DNA of 64,000 nucleotides from Bacillota bacterium (lineage in GTDB: Bacteria; Bacillota; Clostridia; Peptostreptococcales; Tindalliaceae): NCBI GenBank assembly GCA_033549305.1, contig JAWSUV010000001.1:18913-82912 (forward strand), read 5' to 3'. How positions within the stretch are numbered: the first letter of the stretch is position 1; the number at the start of each line of letters is the position of its first letter. The notes below the pieces were generated by a model, which saw only the letters and a list, made by a program, of their open reading frames with translations, did not search any database and had not been told where the DNA came from. Position numbers and translations under genes: made by a program. Positions 9,981 through 19,800 of the stretch are shown here, one piece after another.

Positions 9981-10922
9981 TCAGAAAGATATCGCAGCTG
10001 ACAATGGCAGGCGTTTTGTCATGGTTAGTTGACCGGACTCCTCGTTGATTGCACCCATCCCAATAAATTCGTCGCTTATTACATCATTGATCAGATAAAC
10101 GCGTACGAGCAGATTTTCATCGTGCTTTTCAGCCAAAGCGGTGGTCAGATCTGACTGTATGCTGAGAGTATATTCGTTCACCGGCATGCCGTTGATAATT
10201 CTTTTCCAGCCGGACTCAGGAACATGAACCATTGGATGGTGAGTCAATGCCTGGTCAACAGGGATGACTGAGTCCTGCCAGTAAATGTCAGCTTCCAGTT
10301 CTTCCACAGCGACAGCCTCGTTAATCGGCAGGCGGCACGACTCCATCCGAAGAAGAAAGGCCATGGCTGCGCCACATCCAAGTTGCTGACCTGCATCGTG
10401 GCAGAGTGTTCTGACGTAGGTTCCTTCAGAGCAGACGACATCAAACAGTACCAGATCATTCTCCATGGAAATCCATTGAATGCGATCAACATTCCTTTTG
10501 CGGGGCGCCCGTAAAACTTCCTGTCCAATGCGGGCAAGTTCATACAGCTTTTTTCCATGCTGTTTAATGGCTGAATACATAGGCGGTACCTGCCAGTAAT
10601 CGCCAAGAAAATGGGTGAAAATCTGTTTAACTTCATCTTCCATTGGAATATCGGAAGATTTTGCAATGATCTGGCCTGTCAGATCCTGCGTGTCAGTCGT
10701 CACACCCAGTTTCATTTCAACCCGATATGTTTTCTTCCGGTGATCCATAAAAGGGATCATTTTGGTTGCTGCCCCCATGCAGACGGGTAAAACGCCGGCC
10801 GCCTGTGGATCCAGAGTGCCCGCGTGTCCAATTTTTTTGATGCCTGACAGTCGCCGAAGCCTGTTAACCACACCATGAGAAGTGATCCCTGGTGTTTTCA
10901 GGATATTCAACATCCCCATCAT
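9981..10922 (-). CDS. truB: tRNA pseudouridine(55) synthase
   Basis: Catalytic motif GHAGTLDP. The start was set to the ATG at 10922, which has GGAGG 9 nt upstream and forms an ATGA overlap with the nrnA stop. The ORF-track start at 10946 lies inside nrnA. Confidence 0.9.
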   Translation of the reverse strand: MMGMLNILKTPGITSHGVVNRLRRLSGIKKIGHAGTLDPQAAGVLPVCMGAATKMIPFMDHRKKTYRVEMKLGVTTDTQDLTGQIIAKSSDIPMEDEVKQIFTHFLGDYWQVPPMYSAIKQHGKKLYELARIGQEVLRAPRKRNVDRIQWISMENDLVLFDVVCSEGTYVRTLCHDAGQQLGCGAAMAFLLRMESCRLPINEAVAVEELEADIYWQDSVIPVDQALTHHPMVHVPESGWKRIINGMPVNEYTLSIQSDLTTALAEKHDENLLVRVYLINDVISDEFIGMGAINEESGQLTMTKRLPLSAAISF

Positions 10923-11902
10923 ACACATGAACCTCCGGTAAAACACGCTTCGATTAACGGCAGCAGCTGCCTGCGGGCATGAGCCAGCGACCCATTAAAA
11001 ACCGCCCCTGCAGCCCGTTCATGACCTCCACCGTTCAAACCGGCAGCAAGTTTATTGACATCCAGCCATGATTTTGAACGAAAGCTGATTTTGACTTCGT
11101 CACCATTAATCTCCTTCAGAATCACCGCCAATTCAATCCCCGATATATCCCGTACATACGAAATAAATTCATCCAGATCTTCATAAGCGACTTCATACTG
11201 CGCGAGGAGAGCGTCGGATACCGTCAGAAGCACCGCCTGTTTGTCCATCAACAGTTCCATATGTTCAATTAAATATCCAAGAAACCGGACATTCTGCAAT
11301 GGCCGGTTTTGGAACAAATGGAATCGGATCAGGTCATGGTTGGCACCTGCATCCAGTAAATGCGCTGCCGCCTGATGTGTGGCTGCGGACGTGTTTTCAT
11401 ACAAAAAACTTCCTGTATCCATTACGATTCCTGTTAAGAGGCAGGTGGCCTCTTCCGGTTGCAAAAGGATATTAAAGTCTTGAGCCAGTTGTGTGATCAT
11501 TTCTGATGTCGAAGAAGCTGCGGGTATAATGTATTGAACATGGCCAAAAAAGGTGTTGCTGATGTGGTGATCAATATTAATAATCCGGTGAGCTCTTTTC
11601 AGCAGCAGCTGAAAGTCACCGGTGCGTTCAGCGTTTCCGCAATCAAGAACAATACAGATATCATAGATGATTTCTGCAGCATTGACTGTGGTCTTCAGTT
11701 CGGCAAAACCAGGCAGAAAGGCAAACTTTGAAGCCGGATCAGCCTCTGCGTAAGCATCTACCTGATATGCCCGCTGAGATAAAAGATGTTTCATACCGAG
11801 CAGGGACCCGTACGCATCGCCATCCGGATGCATATGGGTTAACAGCGCCACACGGTGACAAGGCTGCACATGAATCAATGGGTTATTCCGTTTCATCTTC
11901 AT
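10919..11902 (-). CDS. nrnA: DHH-family phosphoesterase, bifunctional oligoribonuclease/pAp phosphatase NrnA-like
   Basis: Motifs HPDGDAYGS, NIDHHISN (DHH) and GGGHERAAG (DHHA1). The start is uncertain (ATG at 11902 or 11896) and neither has a strong Shine-Dalgarno. The ORF-track start at 12016 overlaps 134 nt of rbfA and is unlikely. Confidence 0.8.
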   Translation of the reverse strand: MKMKRNNPLIHVQPCHRVALLTHMHPDGDAYGSLLGMKHLLSQRAYQVDAYAEADPASKFAFLPGFAELKTTVNAAEIIYDICIVLDCGNAERTGDFQLLLKRAHRIINIDHHISNTFFGHVQYIIPAASSTSEMITQLAQDFNILLQPEEATCLLTGIVMDTGSFLYENTSAATHQAAAHLLDAGANHDLIRFHLFQNRPLQNVRFLGYLIEHMELLMDKQAVLLTVSDALLAQYEVAYEDLDEFISYVRDISGIELAVILKEINGDEVKISFRSKSWLDVNKLAAGLNGGGHERAAGAVFNGSLAHARRQLLPLIEACFTGGSCV

Positions 11903-12311
11903 CAAATCCAGTCTCATCTGCTGGTTGAGGTTCATCATCTGATGAATGATCGGCTTGAGATTTCTGCTGGTGGGAAACTTCCGCAATTTTCTGAGCCATG
12001 CTGACGCCGTATTCAATGGAATTGTCTTCTTTAAACAGAATGGCCGGCGTATGATGCAATTTCACCCTTTTTCCCACTTCCCGCCGTACATAGCCGGCAG
12101 ATTTCATTAATCCTTCAAGGGTATTCTTTTTTTCGTCCTCTGATCCAAGAACACTGATATAGACCGTAGCGTAACTGAAATCGCGGGTTACATCCACAGA
12201 TACGACACTGGCCATCCCTGAAATACGAGGATCCTTAAGCTCATTTCTAATGATCTGACTGATCACTTTTTTATATTCTTCGTTAATGCGGTTAACTCGC
12301 GGATAAGACAT
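11883..12311 (-). CDS. rbfA: ribosome-binding factor A
   Basis: RbfA core (RVNRINEEYKKVISQII...LHHTPAILF) plus an acidic C-terminal tail of about 30 aa. The start was set at the ATG at 12311, 9 nt after the GGAAAGG Shine-Dalgarno. Confidence 0.9.
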   Translation of the reverse strand: MSYPRVNRINEEYKKVISQIIRNELKDPRISGMASVVSVDVTRDFSYATVYISVLGSEDEKKNTLEGLMKSAGYVRREVGKRVKLHHTPAILFKEDNSIEYGVSMAQKIAEVSHQQKSQADHSSDDEPQPADETGFDEDETE

Positions 12312-12367
12312 ACCGCTCATCCTTTCCTTTCAATAATTCGGTTGTTTCTTCCCGGGACAGGCTGCGT

Positions 12368-14485
12368 CTACAGGGATCCTGGCTTCTGTTCTTTCATCTG
12401 GAAAGCTTCAATCATGTCGCCTTCTTTAACATCATTGTAATTTTCCAGGCCAATACCACATTCATACCCCGTGGCCACTTCTTTCACATCATCCTTAAAA
12501 CGTCTTAGTGAATCAATCTTGCCTTCATGAATGACAATACCGTCGCGAACCAGTCGGACGCTTGCATTGCGTAGGATTTTACCTTCCACGACGTAGCATC
12601 CGGCAACGATACCGCTGCCCGGCACCTTAAAGGTGAGGCGCACTTCTGCTTTTCCCAGATCCACTTCTTTGTATTCCGGATCCAGCATACCCGTCATTGC
12701 AGCTTCAATATCTTCAATGGCATTGTAGATAATCCGATAAGTTCTAATATCCACATCTTCTTTCTTGGCCAGGGCTGATGCATTTGAAGTTGGGCGAACG
12801 TTAAACCCGATGATAATGGCATTGGAAGCCGCTGCAAGCATAACGTCTGTCTCGGTGATCGCACCGACACCACCATGAATGGGTCGTAAAACAACTTTTT
12901 CTGTGGATAGCTTTTGCAGTGATTGTTTCACCGCTTCTACGGATCCATGAACATCTGCCTTCAGGATAATGTTCAGCTCTTTGATCTGGCCGTCCTGCAT
13001 CTGTTGATACAACGCATCAAGCGATATTTTTTGACTTGATTTTAATTGTTCCGCTTTGATTCGATTTTTACGGTTTTCAACAATATCGCGTGCTGTCCGG
13101 TCATCAGCTACTGCCAGCAGCTGGTCGCCTGCATCCGGCACATCTGAAAGACCCGTAATCTCAATGGCTGTAGATGGTTTAGCCACTGAAACATTCCGGC
13201 CTTTATCATTGATCATCGCGCGAACACGTCCGCTTGTATTTCCAACAACCACTGAGTCACCCACCCGAAGGGTGCCGTTTTGAATCAGCACAGTCGCCAC
13301 CGGACCTCTTCCCTTATCAAGCTTTGCCTCAATCACAACACCGATGGCATCCCGGTTTGGATTGGCTTTCAATTCTTCCATTTCTGCAACCAACAGAATC
13401 ATTTCCAGCAAGCCGTCAATATTTTGGCCCTTTAACGCGGAAACAGGCACGCAGATCACTTCACCGCCGTATTCTTCAATGATCACACCCTGGTCAGCCA
13501 GTTCCTGTTTCACGCGGTCAGGGTTGACACCAGGTTTGTCGATTTTGTTAATGGCCACAATCAAGGGTACTTTCGCGGCTTTTGCATGGTTGATGGCTTC
13601 AATGGTCTGGGGCATGACACCGTCATCGGCAGCGACTACCAAAATCGCAATATCCGTTACTTTTGCTCCCCGTGCACGCATGGCTGTAAATGCTTCGTGA
13701 CCCGGGGTATCCAAAAAGACAATTTTCTTCTTGTCGATTTCCACTTCCGATGCCCCAATATGCTGGGTAATGCCGCCGGCTTCGCGTTCTGTTACTTTTG
13801 TTTTACGTATGGCATCCAACAATGATGTCTTGCCATGGTCAACATGACCCATCACTGTGACTACCGGCGGTCGCGGCCGCAGATCTTTGATTTCGTCTTT
13901 GGCAATGAACACATCTGATTCTTCCAGGTGTTCTTCTACCTTTTTATGAATATCAATCTCATATTCTTCAGCAATTCTTTGCGCTGAATCAAAATCAATT
14001 TCCTGATTAATCGCCGCCATAATTCCCATCTGGATTAGTTTCATAATGATTTCATTGGGGTTTTTTCTGATTTTCTCTGCAAAGTCTTTGACAATTATGC
14101 GTTCTCCAATTTCGATAATAGCCTGTCCTTCTTTCTGTTCCTTTTTAACTGCTTCAGGCTTCTGCAGCTTCTGTGGTCTTTGTGTGCCCTTCTTATCGCT
14201 CTTCTTTCCGCGTACTTCCTTTTCTTCTTTTTTCTCACTCTCTTTTTTAAAAGGTTTCTCTTTACTCTCTTTTTGTGGTGCGGCTGCTTTGTCTTTTGGA
14301 CTTTCTTTTTCTTCCTTTGCTTTAGCCTCTTCTTTCATCAGTTCAATCACTAAGTTGGCTTCCTCTTCTTCCAGGGTGCTCATGTGACTATTGGTTTTAA
14401 TCCCCAACTCAGTCAGCTTCACAATCAATTCTTTATTCCCAAGATTTAACTCTTTCGCCAGTTGATATACGCGAATTTTTGACAT
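12368..14485 (-). CDS. infB: translation initiation factor IF-2
   Basis: [14 protein letters not shown]-terminus, a Lys/Glu-rich linker, and GTPase motifs [13 protein letters not shown] and NKID. GGAGGTGA Shine-Dalgarno 5 nt upstream of the ATG at 14485. Confidence 0.97.
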   Translation of the reverse strand: MSKIRVYQLAKELNLGNKELIVKLTELGIKTNSHMSTLEEEEANLVIELMKEEAKAKEEKESPKDKAAAPQKESKEKPFKKESEKKEEKEVRGKKSDKKGTQRPQKLQKPEAVKKEQKEGQAIIEIGERIIVKDFAEKIRKNPNEIIMKLIQMGIMAAINQEIDFDSAQRIAEEYEIDIHKKVEEHLEESDVFIAKDEIKDLRPRPPVVTVMGHVDHGKTSLLDAIRKTKVTEREAGGITQHIGASEVEIDKKKIVFLDTPGHEAFTAMRARGAKVTDIAILVVAADDGVMPQTIEAINHAKAAKVPLIVAINKIDKPGVNPDRVKQELADQGVIIEEYGGEVICVPVSALKGQNIDGLLEMILLVAEMEELKANPNRDAIGVVIEAKLDKGRGPVATVLIQNGTLRVGDSVVVGNTSGRVRAMINDKGRNVSVAKPSTAIEITGLSDVPDAGDQLLAVADDRTARDIVENRKNRIKAEQLKSSQKISLDALYQQMQDGQIKELNIILKADVHGSVEAVKQSLQKLSTEKVVLRPIHGGVGAITETDVMLAAASNAIIIGFNVRPTSNASALAKKEDVDIRTYRIIYNAIEDIEAAMTGMLDPEYKEVDLGKAEVRLTFKVPGSGIVAGCYVVEGKILRNASVRLVRDGIVIHEGKIDSLRRFKDDVKEVATGYECGIGLENYNDVKEGDMIEAFQMKEQKPGSL

Positions 14486-14515
14486 ACCCTTCACCTCCAG
14501 CAATTCACCCTATAC

Positions 14516-14821
14516 TCATTCATCTTTTTTTGTCTGAATCTGTGATGCAAATCCCTGATCCATTACTGCCAGAACTGATCGGTTGCTTTTCCCGATCGCC
14601 ATGCCAATCTCCTTCATGGTCAGCAACTGAAGCAATGGAATTTCATGTTTTTCAGTCAACAGCATAAATTCTCTTGCCGTCGAAGCAGCAGCATCTTCTG
14701 CCAGGATGACCATTTTTGCCCGTTTTCTGACAATAGCAGCCCGGCTTCCCGTTTCACCCGAAGTAATTTTGCCAGCTTTAGCCGCAAATCCCAGCATCGT
14801 GATGACACCATGATGACTCAT
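14516..14821 (-). CDS. ylxQ: L7Ae/L30e-family RNA-binding protein YlxQ
   Basis: 101 aa in the conserved nusA-ylxR-ylxQ-infB position, with an L7Ae-like GFAAKAGKITSGE motif. Confidence 0.8.
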   Translation of the reverse strand: MSHHGVITMLGFAAKAGKITSGETGSRAAIVRKRAKMVILAEDAAASTAREFMLLTEKHEIPLLQLLTMKEIGMAIGKSNRSVLAVMDQGFASQIQTKKDE

Positions 14822-15099
14822 GATTCATTTCCCTTATTGAATTCCGCCTCAAGAGCTTGATAGACTTCTTCCGGCACGTCCTTGTGAAAAGCTCTGTTCA
14901 ATGCTTTTGTCTTTCTTATTTTTTCAAAGCAGGCTGCCTGACGGCACACATAAGCACCGCGTCCATGGGCTTTGCCGCTTGGATCCAGATGAACCTGCCC
15001 TTCTTTATTTGCCACCACCCTGATGAGTTCCTTCTTGTTTTTCATTTCCTGGCAGGCGATGCATTTTCTTAAAGGCACCTTGTGCTGTTTCATCCTCAC
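14818..15099 (-). CDS. ylxR: YlxR family RNA-binding protein (DUF448)
   Basis: 93 aa with [21 protein letters not shown] and GRGAYVC motifs. Immediately downstream of nusA, with a 4-nt overlap with ylxQ. Confidence 0.88.
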   Translation of the reverse strand: MRMKQHKVPLRKCIACQEMKNKKELIRVVANKEGQVHLDPSGKAHGRGAYVCRQAACFEKIRKTKALNRAFHKDVPEEVYQALEAEFNKGNES

Positions 15100-15105
15100 A
15101 GCCTC

Positions 15106-16236
15106 CTACTCTTCCGACTCCACGCCTTCTGTTGCTTCCACAGCCGCATCAGCCTCTATTTCCGTCAATTTTTCCTCGGCTGCGGCCTTTTCTTTTTCAA
15201 GTTCCTGCATCTGGCTTTCACTCTTGATGTCTATCTTCCAGCCGGTCAGTTTTGCTGCCAGACGGGCGTTTTGTCCTTCTTTGCCGATCGCCAGCGATAA
15301 CTGATAGTCCGGCACAACGACGCGGGCAGATTTAGTTTCCTCATAAACAATGGTTTTACTCACTTTTGCCGGGCTTAACGCGCTGGTGATGAAATCAACG
15401 GGATTATCACTGTATCTGATGATATCAATTTTTTCACCCTTTAGTTCATTCACAATTGCCTGTACACGCACCCCTTTTTGACCCACACAGGCACCTACCG
15501 GATCAATATTGGCCGCTTTGGTGTCCACTGCAATTTTTGTACGATAACCAGCTTCACGGGAAATGCTTTTAATTTCCACAACACCATCGTGGATTTCCGG
15601 TACTTCCAGTTCGAAAAGACGTTTGATCAGTCCTGGATGGGTGCGTGACACCAGGATTTGAGGTCCTTTCGTTGTTTTTTTCACTTCAACAATATAGGTT
15701 TTAATGCGATCTCCCGGATGATAGGTTTCACCCGGCATCTGTTCGTTATGTCCCAGGATGGCTTCTGTTTTTCCCAGATTAATAAAAACAGTTCCTCGCG
15801 CCAGACGAGCCACCACACCGGCAATAATATCTGATTCTCTGCTGATGTACTCTTCAAACACCACTCCGCGTTCCGCTTCGCGAATACGCTGAACAACCAC
15901 CTGTTTTGCTGTTTGAGCCGCAATTCGGCCAAAATCTTTTGGGGTTGCTTCCCGTTCAACAATATGGCCCACTTCATATTTGGGATCAATTGCTTTCGCT
16001 TCCTCAAGTGAAATTTCCTGAATATCGTCTTCCACTTCTTCAACAACTCTTTTTTGGCCATATACCCGAACTTCGCCAGTATCACGGCTGATTTCCACCC
16101 GGACATTGTGAGAGGATCCGAAGTTCCGCTTATAGCTGGAAATCAGCGCTGCCTCGATGGCTTCAATCAGGATATCTTTGGAGATCCCCTTGTCCTGTTG
16201 GATTTGCTCCAACGCATCAATAAATTCCGTATTCAT
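15106..16236 (-). CDS. nusA: transcription termination/antitermination factor NusA
   Basis: [13 protein letters not shown]-terminus, S1 and two KH domains ([16 protein letters not shown]). The ATG at 16236 lies 7 nt after AGGAGG. The ORF-track start is a TTG inside the Shine-Dalgarno spacer. Confidence 0.96.
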   Translation of the reverse strand: MNTEFIDALEQIQQDKGISKDILIEAIEAALISSYKRNFGSSHNVRVEISRDTGEVRVYGQKRVVEEVEDDIQEISLEEAKAIDPKYEVGHIVEREATPKDFGRIAAQTAKQVVVQRIREAERGVVFEEYISRESDIIAGVVARLARGTVFINLGKTEAILGHNEQMPGETYHPGDRIKTYIVEVKKTTKGPQILVSRTHPGLIKRLFELEVPEIHDGVVEIKSISREAGYRTKIAVDTKAANIDPVGACVGQKGVRVQAIVNELKGEKIDIIRYSDNPVDFITSALSPAKVSKTIVYEETKSARVVVPDYQLSLAIGKEGQNARLAAKLTGWKIDIKSESQMQELEKEKAAAEEKLTEIEADAAVEATEGVESEE

Positions 16237-16247
16237 GCTCAAGCCTC

Positions 16248-16712
16248 CTAAAAAATAATGGCAAGTCTCACCAGTGCCACCTGCGAATCTTTAAATATCA
16301 GTTGTTGCTTGTCATCTGTTTCGATGATAATTGTATCATTATTCTTATCAATCAGGATTCCCTCAAAATGTTTTTCACCTTCAACCAGTTGATAAAGTTT
16401 CACTTCAACCCTTTTCCCGATGTTGCGTGTAAAATCTGCCGGCTTTTTCAGCGGTCTGTCCAAGCCTGGTGACGACACTTCCAGGTAATAGTGTTCCTGA
16501 ATCCAGTCGTGTTCATCCAGTTTGGCATCAAGCTGGCGGCTGACCGCTTCACAGTCATTGATGCTTATCCCGCCGGGTTTGTCAAGAAACACCCGGAGAA
16601 AATAATCCTGACCTTCTTTCACATATTCCACATCGATCAATTCAGTCTCTCCACCTGCCAGCACCTGGTTGACCAGTGCTGCAACCTGCTGTTCCAGCTC
16701 TTTTCGCTTCAT
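16248..16712 (-). CDS. rimP: ribosome maturation factor RimP
   Basis: YLEVSSPGLDRPL signature. The start was set at the second ATG (16712), 7 nt after AGGAGGG. The first ATG at 16730 precedes that Shine-Dalgarno. Confidence 0.92.
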   Translation of the reverse strand: MKRKELEQQVAALVNQVLAGGETELIDVEYVKEGQDYFLRVFLDKPGGISINDCEAVSRQLDAKLDEHDWIQEHYYLEVSSPGLDRPLKKPADFTRNIGKRVEVKLYQLVEGEKHFEGILIDKNNDTIIIETDDKQQLIFKDSQVALVRLAIIF

Positions 16713-16751
16713 GAAGGACCCTCCTGTCATAAAATGTTGTTTTTAACAGGA

Positions 16752-16774
16752 AAGAGTGGGGAATACCCACTCTT
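16752..16774 (-). promoter_or_regulatory. leader hairpin of the rimP-nusA-infB operon (candidate weak, NusA-type attenuator)
   Basis: 9-bp stem AAGAGTGGG/CCCACTCTT with a 5-nt loop, followed on the minus strand by the interrupted U tract TCCTGTT. It lies between the predicted promoter and the rimP start. Confidence 0.45.
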
Positions 16775-16835
16775 CTCGTCTTTGATATGCGATTCAAGAC
16801 AACGGACTTCTCATCACCAGATCCATATCAGCGTA

Positions 16836-16864
16836 ATTATATCATAATCAACCGTTCAAATCAA
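16836..16864 (-). promoter_or_regulatory. sigma-A type promoter for rimP-nusA-infB, overlapping the polC stop
   Basis: Minus strand reads TTGATT-17 nt-TATAAT with TGA immediately upstream of the -10 (extended -10). Confidence 0.6.
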
Positions 16865-19800
16865 GATTGAACAGGGATAACTGGTTGGTTTCCGGCAAAT
16901 CAGAGCAGGCACCATGTTGTTGCAGGGTTTCAATCACCACTTTGGAAGCTCCCGTTCTCTGCCGCAGGTCTTCCAGTGATAGAAACGGACTTTTTTGGCG
17001 TTCTTCAGCAATTTTGCGTGCTGCATTCTGTCCGACACCCTGTAATGATGATAACGGCGGACGAATCTGATTTTCCTCCACCTTAAACTGCTCCTGGTGA
17101 GATGCGTAAAGATCAACTGGTAAAATACGAATGCCGCGGCTGAACATCTCAAGTGCCACTTCCAGCACCACCAGCAGGTTTTTTTCTTTCGCCGTTTGAT
17201 CGGCAGCATTGTTTTCCAGCTCTTTGATCCGCTCCAGCACCTGGTCAATGCCACGGATCATCAGCTGTGCATCAAAATCTTCCACTTTCATGCTGAAATA
17301 GGCGGCATAAAAGGCTACCGGATAATAGACTTTGAACCACGCAATTCGGAAAGACATCATAACATACGCGACGGCATGGGCTTTGGGAAACATGTACTTG
17401 ATTTTGTTGCAGGAATCGATATACCACTGTGGAACCTGGTTTTTTGCCATGAGATCAGCCTCATCAGCTGTGATTCCCCTGCCCTTTCGAACTTTCTCCA
17501 TTATCTTAAAAGCGTCTTTTGCAGGGATCCCTTTCAGAATCAGGTAATTCATAATGTCATCCCGGGTACAAATAACATCCTTCAGGGCAGCCGTTCCGTT
17601 TCTGACAAGCTCCTGGGCATTATTCACCCAGACATCTGTCCCATGGGACAAACCACTGATGCGTACCAGTTCACCAAATGTTGATGGTTTCGTATCCTGC
17701 AACATCTGCCGCACGAAACGAGTACCGAATTCGGGTATGGCGATGGTGCCTTTATCCGGCTGGAATCGATCATCTTGCAGATTCAGTGCAGTCGCATTCA
17801 CAAAGATGCTTTTGGTGACGGTATCATCCAGTGGTATTTCCAGCGCATTGATACCGGTAAAATCTTCCAGCATCCGGATCATCGTCGGAACATCGTGTCC
17901 CAGAATGTCCAGCTTCAATAATCTTCCGCTGAGTGCATGATAGTCAAAATGGGTCGTGACAACGCCAGATTTTTTGTCATTGGCAGGGTATTGTATGGGC
18001 GTGAATTCATGAATATCCCGATCAGAGGGAACAATCATGACTCCGCCCGGATGTTGACCCGAAGTGCGCTTCACACCGGTGCATCCTGCTGTTAAACGTT
18101 TGATTTCCGCGTTGTTTTGCGGAATTCCTTTTTCCTCACCGTATTTCCGAACATACCCGTAAGCCGTTTTATTGGCGATCGTCCCAATGGTGCCAGCCCT
18201 GAACACTTTGCTCCGGCCAAAAAGAGTTTCGATGTACTGATGGGCGGTTGACTGGTATTCGCCTGCAAAATTCAGGTCAATATCCGGCTCTTTATCGCCT
18301 TCAAAACCCAGAAAAACCTCGAAAGGTATTTGATGTCCTTCTTTACGATATTTCGTGCCACATCGCGGACAGTCCGCATCCGGTAAATCGACGCCTGATT
18401 CCACTTCGCCTTCTGTAAAAAACGCTGAATGCTGGCAGGAAGGACAGATGTAATGGGGAGGTAATGGGTTTACTTCAGTGATGTCACTCATTGTGGCCGC
18501 AAAGGAAGAACCAACAGAGCCCCTGGATCCGACCAGGTACCCGTCAGACAGCGATTTAGCCACCAGTTTATGAGCGATCATATACATCACTGCGTATCCA
18601 TTGTCAATAATCGACCGAAGTTCCCGGTCCAGACGTTTGGACACCTTGTCCGGCAGGGGATCACCATAGATTGCTGTTGCTTTTGTCCGGCACAATTTCT
18701 CCAACTGCTCTTCTGATCCCTCCATATGTGGCGGAAAAGTACCATCAGGAACCGGTAATAATGGTCTGATTTGATCCGCCAAAGCAGCCGGCTGTTGTAC
18801 GACAATTTCCATTGCCGTATCCGGCCCCAGATAGTCGAATTCCTGAAGCATTTCCTCAGTGGTCTTTAAATACAGCCCGGCAGAGTCTTCCGCGTCTTCA
18901 TAACCCATACCGGTTTGCAGCACCTGGCGGTATAACTCATCGGTTCTACGGGTATAATGGGTATCGCCGGTCGCCAACACGGGGCGATTTACACGGCGAC
19001 CCAACTCGACGATTTTTCGATTCAACTCCTTTAGCTCCATTTCATTTTTAACAAGACCTTTTTCAATTAGAAAGCTGTTGTTGGAGACAGGCTGCACCTC
19101 AAGATAATCATAAAAAGCTGCAATCGCTTCCAGCTTTTCTTCCGGATCACGGTTCAATAAAGCCTGAAACAACTCACCTGCCTGGCAGGCAGAACCCAGC
19201 AGCAGTCCACTGCGTTTCTGACGAAGCAGGCTTTTGGGAATCCGGGGCTTTTTGAAAAAATGCTCGATATGAGAGGCTGATACCAGTTCATATAAATGGC
19301 GCAGCCCTTCCTCATCTTGGGCAATAAGCACAAAGTGATAGGTTTTTAGCCGCGTAACATCCATATCCCTTCCTAACTCACGGTTCATTTCCCTGAAGTC
19401 ATGAATGCCTGCTTCCCGCATACGCTGAACCAATTTTAAGAATATGTCGGCGGTTGCCCGGGCATCATGAACAGCCCTGTGATGGTTTTCCAGGCTCACA
19501 CCAAGTGCTTTTGCCACCAGATTTAGCCTGTGGCGTTTTAATTCTTTCAGGAGAATACGCGATAAAATCAGTGTATCAATGACATCAAACTGAAACGCAA
19601 TTTCCAGCCGGCGCATATTTTCCCTGATGAATCCAGTGTCAAAGTCTGCATTATGAGCAACCAAAACAGCTCCCTGACAAAAATCAAGAAATTGTGGAAG
19701 GACTTTTTGAATTAACGGAGCGTTGGCAACCATGTCATTGGTGATGCCTGTTAACCTGGTTATATCAGTCGAGATAAGTGTCTGAGGGTTTACAAGACTG

